A stretch of 10,957 bases of DNA, from the NCBI GenBank assembly GCA_036229005.1, contig JAZAMN010000061.1, positions 1 to 10,957 on the forward strand, written 5' to 3'. Both the position numbers and the translations under genes were made by a program. Of this stretch, positions 6,866-10,957 are shown piece after piece. Positions within the stretch are counted from its first letter, which is position 1, and each line of letters starts with the position of its first letter. Origin of the DNA: Myxococcota bacterium. Lineage in GTDB: Bacteria; Myxococcota_A; UBA796; CAJQPC01. The notes beneath the pieces were generated by a model. The model made no database searches and was not told the origin of the DNA. It saw only the letters and a list, made by a program, of their open reading frames with translations.

Positions 6866-9502
6866 GTGGGGCCCCACACCGGAGCCCCCTTGGCCACCCC
6901 CCGCCTGGTCCTCATCGACGGCAGCGCCCTGATCTTCCGGGCCTTCTTCGCCATCCCCGACACCTTCTCCACCCCGGATGGCCTGCCGACCAACGCCACC
7001 TACGGCTTCGCGCTCATGCTGCGCAAGCTGCTGGAGGGCCGCTTCCCGGACTACTGCGCGGTGGTGTTCGACACGCCCAAGCCCACCTTCCGCGCGGTCC
7101 GCTACCCCGAATACAAGGCCGACCGGCCGCCCATGGCCGACGCGCTCTCCCAGCAGATCCCCTGGATCCACCGCCTGGTCGACGCCCACGGGCTCCCCCG
7201 CCTGGCCATCCCCGGCTACGAGGCCGACGACCTCATCGGCACCCTCACCCGCCTGGCGCTGGCCGCCGACATGGAGGTGCAGATCCTCTCCGGGGACAAG
7301 GACTTCGCCCAGCTCGTCGGCGAACGCGTCCGCATGATCGACCCGATGCGGCAGATCACCTACGACCCCGAGCTCGTCCGCAAGAAGTGGGGCGTGCCCC
7401 CCGAGCGCTTCGTCGACTTCCTGGCCCTGATGGGCGACAAGGCCGACAACATCCCCGGCGTGCCCGGCATCGGCAAGAAGACCGCGGCCACCCTGCTCGA
7501 GCGCTTCGGCGACCTGCAGACCGTCCTGGACTCCACCGACCAGCTCAAGGGGCGGCAGCAGCAGAACCTGCGGGAGTTCCGCGACCAGGCCCTGCTCTCG
7601 CGTGACCTCGCCACCATCGATCAGCACGTCCCCATGGACGTCGGCGTCCAGGACCTGGCGGTGAGCCCACCCGCTCTGGAGCCCATCGACGCCCTCTACA
7701 AGCTCCACTTCTTCTCGCTGCTCTCGGTGCGGGAGGAGGAGGAGGATCTGCCCGCCGTCGAGATCCTGGACCACCCCGAGGCCCTGCGGGCCTGGCTCGC
7801 GGCCACCGACCAGCCCATCGCCATCCTCCCCGCCAGCGAGGACCCCGGTCCCATCTCCGGCGCCCTGTTCGGGCTGGCTCTGGCGCGCCCCAAGGCCACC
7901 GCGTTCGTCCCCTGGACGCCCCAGAACGAGGAGGCTCTGGGCCCCTTCCTGCAGGATCCCCACCGCCTCAAGTGGGGGCACCAGCTCCGCAACCTCCACA
8001 CCGCCCTCCATCGGCGAGGACACACTCTCCGCGGACTGGCCGGCGACACCGCCCTGGCCAGCTTCCTGCTGGACCCCGCCGGCCACCTGCCCCACCGCCT
8101 GGACCAGGTGCTGCGCGTCGAGCTCCAGAAGGTGCTCCCGGGGCGCAAGGAGCTGGTGGGCAGCGGCAAGTCGCAGCGGGCCCTGGCCGAGTTGGAGCTG
8201 CAGGCGGTCGCCGAGCACTTCGGCCACCGGGCGGCCCTGCTGCGCCAGGCCTTCCCCAAGCAGCGCGCCAAGCTGGAGCAACTGGGGCTCACCGAACAGC
8301 TCCAGCGTGACCTCGCTTTGGCCCAGGTGCTGGGCCGCATGCAGGCGCTGGGGATCTGCGTGGACGGCGAGCACCTTGCGGCCCTCCAGGTGGACTTCGG
8401 GACCCGAGCCCAGGCGGTGGAGCAGAGAGTGCACGCGCTGGCCGGCCGCTCCTTCAACCTGAACTCCACAAAGCAGCTCGCCGCCGTGCTCTTCGAGGAG
8501 CTGTGCCTGCCGGTCATCAAGCGCACCAAGACCGGCTACTCCACCAACGCCGAGGTCCTGGAGACCCTGGCCGCCGACCACGAGATCGCGGCCCGGATCC
8601 TGGAGTTCCGCGCGCTGACCAAGCTGGTGAACACCTACACCCAGGTGCTCCGCGACGCCCTGGAGCCCGACGGGCGCGTACACTGCAACCTCCAGCAGAC
8701 CGTCGGGGTCTCCGGGCGGCTGATCACCACCGACCCCGACCTGCAGCGCACCCCCATCCGCTCGGAGGACGGCAAGCGCATCCGCGAGGCCTTCAAGCCG
8801 CGGCCGGGCTGGGTGCTGCTGAGCGCGGACTGGAGCCAGATCGAGCTGCGGGTGCTGGCCCACATCAGCGGCGACCCCATCCTGCGAGAGGCCTTCGCGA
8901 CCGGCCAGGACGTGCACCGCCGCACCGCCAGCGAGATCTTCGGCGTGCCCCCGGACCAGGTCAGCGCCGAGCAGCGGAACGTGGGCAAGACGGTCAACTT
9001 CGCGACCATCTACGGGCAGGGCGCAAGCGCGCTGGGCAAGCAGCTCGGCATGCCGCGCAAAGAGGCCCAGGCCATGATCGACCGCTACTTTGAGCGCTAC
9101 GCGGGGGTGAAGTCCTGGGTGGAGAGGGCCGTCGCGGAGGCGCACGAGAAGGGCGAGGTCACCACCCTGCTGGGCAGGCGCCGGGTGGTGCGGGAGCTGA
9201 GCTCCAAGAGCTTCGCTGAGCGCAGCTACGGGGAGCGCATCGCGGCGAACACGCCGATCCAGGGCTCTGCGGCCGACCTCTGCAAGCTGGCGATGCTGGC
9301 GATCGACCAGCGCTTTGGGGAGCAGGAGCTGGAGGCCCGGATGCTGCTGCAGATCCACGACGAGCTGCTCTTTGAGCTGCCCCCCGCCGAGCTGGACGCC
9401 GTCCAGCGCATCGTCCGGGAGTGCATGGAGGCCCCCTACCCCCTGGAGGTCCCGCTCAAGGTCGACATGGGCCACGGCGGGTCCTGGGCAGAGGCGCACT
9501 GA
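6866..9502 (+). CDS. polA: DNA polymerase I (family A) with 5'-3' exonuclease and degenerate 3'-5' exonuclease domain
   Basis: 878 aa (GTG 6866; TTG 6890 is an alternative start). 5' nuclease motifs LIDGSALIFRAFFA, YEADDLIGT, SGDKDFAQL and GDKADNIPGVPGIGKKTA. Polymerase motif A DWSQIELRVLAH, motif B KTVNFATIYG, motif C QIHDELLFE. Confidence 0.97.
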   Translation: MGPHTGAPLATPRLVLIDGSALIFRAFFAIPDTFSTPDGLPTNATYGFALMLRKLLEGRFPDYCAVVFDTPKPTFRAVRYPEYKADRPPMADALSQQIPWIHRLVDAHGLPRLAIPGYEADDLIGTLTRLALAADMEVQILSGDKDFAQLVGERVRMIDPMRQITYDPELVRKKWGVPPERFVDFLALMGDKADNIPGVPGIGKKTAATLLERFGDLQTVLDSTDQLKGRQQQNLREFRDQALLSRDLATIDQHVPMDVGVQDLAVSPPALEPIDALYKLHFFSLLSVREEEEDLPAVEILDHPEALRAWLAATDQPIAILPASEDPGPISGALFGLALARPKATAFVPWTPQNEEALGPFLQDPHRLKWGHQLRNLHTALHRRGHTLRGLAGDTALASFLLDPAGHLPHRLDQVLRVELQKVLPGRKELVGSGKSQRALAELELQAVAEHFGHRAALLRQAFPKQRAKLEQLGLTEQLQRDLALAQVLGRMQALGICVDGEHLAALQVDFGTRAQAVEQRVHALAGRSFNLNSTKQLAAVLFEELCLPVIKRTKTGYSTNAEVLETLAADHEIAARILEFRALTKLVNTYTQVLRDALEPDGRVHCNLQQTVGVSGRLITTDPDLQRTPIRSEDGKRIREAFKPRPGWVLLSADWSQIELRVLAHISGDPILREAFATGQDVHRRTASEIFGVPPDQVSAEQRNVGKTVNFATIYGQGASALGKQLGMPRKEAQAMIDRYFERYAGVKSWVERAVAEAHEKGEVTTLLGRRRVVRELSSKSFAERSYGERIAANTPIQGSAADLCKLAMLAIDQRFGEQELEARMLLQIHDELLFELPPAELDAVQRIVRECMEAPYPLEVPLKVDMGHGGSWAEAH

Positions 9503-10224
9503 TGGCCGACTTCAAGCGCATCGAGCGGGATCACTGGATGGGCGCCGGCGTGCAGGTGCTGGCCTCCCACCCGGACCACCTCAACCCCCGGGAGCGCCGG
9601 TCTTGTCCCGAGGGGCTGGTCGCTGCCTTCCACGCCTGGCCCACCGTCTGGAGATCCACGCCCCCCGCGCTCTCCTGGGCACAGAGCTCCCTGCAAGCGA
9701 GGACACCCGTGCTCGAGCACTCCCGCTTTGACTACCGGGACCATTGGGCGCTGCGCTTCCCGCTGCACGGTCGGCCCGAGCACCTGGAGGGCCCCTGCAT
9801 CGGGAGCTCGGTGGGGCGCCTGGAGTGCGATGCCCCCGGCACGCTGGGGTGGCTGGCGCGCAGCTTGGGGCCGGTGAACCTCTGCAGCGAGTGGTCGGGC
9901 ACCAGCCCCTGGGGGCACCGCCTGCGGGACATCTCCCCGGGCAGCTTTCTTCCCGAGTTCTTTGAGCCCCTCCCCGCCGCCGCCCCGGACTGGTGGGTGC
10001 TCTACGAGGCCGACGGCGACTGGCTCGCCCTGGACGCAGATCAGCAGCGCCTGCACTGGGTGGGCCTGGGCGAGTGGACCGGAGAGCCCGACCGTGGCTT
10101 CCAGGCGCCGCCGGAGCGGGTTCTGCGCTTTGTGTTCTGGCGCTTGCTGGACGGCGGCTTTGTGCGCCCGAGCGATCTGGAGATGTTGGCCGACGGGCCT
10201 GACTCGCCGAGCGCGGGCTCCTGA
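9502..10224 (+). CDS. Hypothetical Trp-rich protein
   Basis: 240 aa from ATG 9502, which overlaps the polA stop (TGATG). It fills the gap to the next gene with high third-position GC. Confidence 0.75.
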   Translation: MADFKRIERDHWMGAGVQVLASHPDHLNPRERRSCPEGLVAAFHAWPTVWRSTPPALSWAQSSLQARTPVLEHSRFDYRDHWALRFPLHGRPEHLEGPCIGSSVGRLECDAPGTLGWLARSLGPVNLCSEWSGTSPWGHRLRDISPGSFLPEFFEPLPAAAPDWWVLYEADGDWLALDADQQRLHWVGLGEWTGEPDRGFQAPPERVLRFVFWRLLDGGFVRPSDLEMLADGPDSPSAGS

Positions 10225-10258
10225 ACGACACGACACAGCCACACCACCGGAGGCGACG

Positions 10259-10498
10259 ATGCAGCGGATCGAGCTTGAGTACTGCGAGGCCAGCGGCTTC
10301 GAGCCCCGGGCCAGGAGGGTGGTCCAGGCGGTCCACGAGGCGCTGGGCAAGCGGGTGACGCTGGTGGCTGGCCGGCCCGCCGTCTTTGCCCTGCGAGTGG
10401 ATGGCCGGACCGTCGCCCGGAAGGACCGCGACCGGGGCTTCCCCACCGAGGCGGAGTGCGTGGCCGGCGTGCGCGCGGCGCTCAAGACCGGGCGCTGA
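10259..10498 (+). CDS. Rdx family (SelT/SelW/SelH-like) thioredoxin-fold protein, CxxS variant
   Basis: 79 aa with GGAGG RBS at 10249-10253. IELEYCEASGF, AVFALRVDG and RKDRDRGFPT match the Rdx pattern (IEYCxxC/U, FEVxVDG, SKxxxGxFP). Confidence 0.82.
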   Translation: MQRIELEYCEASGFEPRARRVVQAVHEALGKRVTLVAGRPAVFALRVDGRTVARKDRDRGFPTEAECVAGVRAALKTGR

Positions 10499-10550
10499 GC
10501 ACGGCGGCCCGAGCCAGGGTCCTATGCCAAGGTTCGGAGTCAGGGCCCCC

Positions 10551-10584
10551 AAAGCAGAACACCCAGGCCCGAGGGCCTGGGTGT
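10551..10584 (-). terminator. Intrinsic terminator-like hairpin after tRNA copy 1
   Basis: Minus strand reads ACACCCAGGCC-CTCG-GGCCTGGGTGT followed by TCTGCTTT: an 11-bp stem with an interrupted U-tract. Confidence 0.7.
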
Positions 10585-10591
10585 CTGTAGG

Positions 10592-10665
<74 letters not shown>

Positions 10666-10732
10666 CAACAACTGGTCGGTAGGCCGCCCTGCCGCTCAGT
10701 GCCCCGAGCGTGCTCTCGCTCGCAGCCCCCTC

Positions 10733-10760
10733 TACATAACAGGTGACGCGTTTCTGTCAC
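10733..10760 (-). promoter_or_regulatory. Candidate promoter for tRNA copy 1
   Basis: Minus strand GTGACA, 16-nt spacer ending TGT, TATGTA, then a GC-rich discriminator-like stretch. An A-run lies just upstream of the -35. Confidence 0.5.
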
Positions 10761-10833
10761 GGACTTTTCTGCGCGGGCGCTGGATCGATCGCCTGCGGCG
10801 ACACAGAAGCGCCTCACAAAAACCGGCACCCCA

Positions 10834-10957
<124 letters not shown>

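Noticed and set aside
5330..9499. 1389-aa minus-strand ORF (also 2515..4257, 4073..4876, 4639..5475, 9436..10485 and similar)
   Set aside because: Antisense shadows of real genes. Strong codon bias in high-GC genes suppresses stop codons on the opposite strand, and no recognisable motifs are present.
10283..10330. Selenocysteine recoding in the Rdx gene
   Set aside because: There is no in-frame TGA. The Sec-equivalent codon is AGC (Ser).

Overview
High-GC bacterial chromosomal window. The gene content suggests Myxococcota or a related lineage, which is inference only. It holds one minus-strand alpha/beta-hydrolase lipoprotein and nine plus-strand genes: two stand-alone cyclic-nucleotide-binding proteins, an exported M20 metallohydrolase, an exported START-like protein, a hypothetical lipoprotein, a barrel-only Omp85 protein, a DNA polymerase I with atypical motif 2 and motif B residues, a hypothetical protein and an Rdx-family (SelW-like) protein with CxxS. 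The right end has two identical initiator tRNA-Met genes on the minus strand, each with its own terminator. The most unusual element is non-coding, at the left edge: two ~203-bp direct repeats (1-203, 338-542) that fold into a multi-branched structure with a perfect four-way junction and 2-3 nt loops. Every difference between the copies preserves the pairing. No transposase, integrase, reverse transcriptase or cas gene is visible, so the function of this element cannot be assigned from this window.
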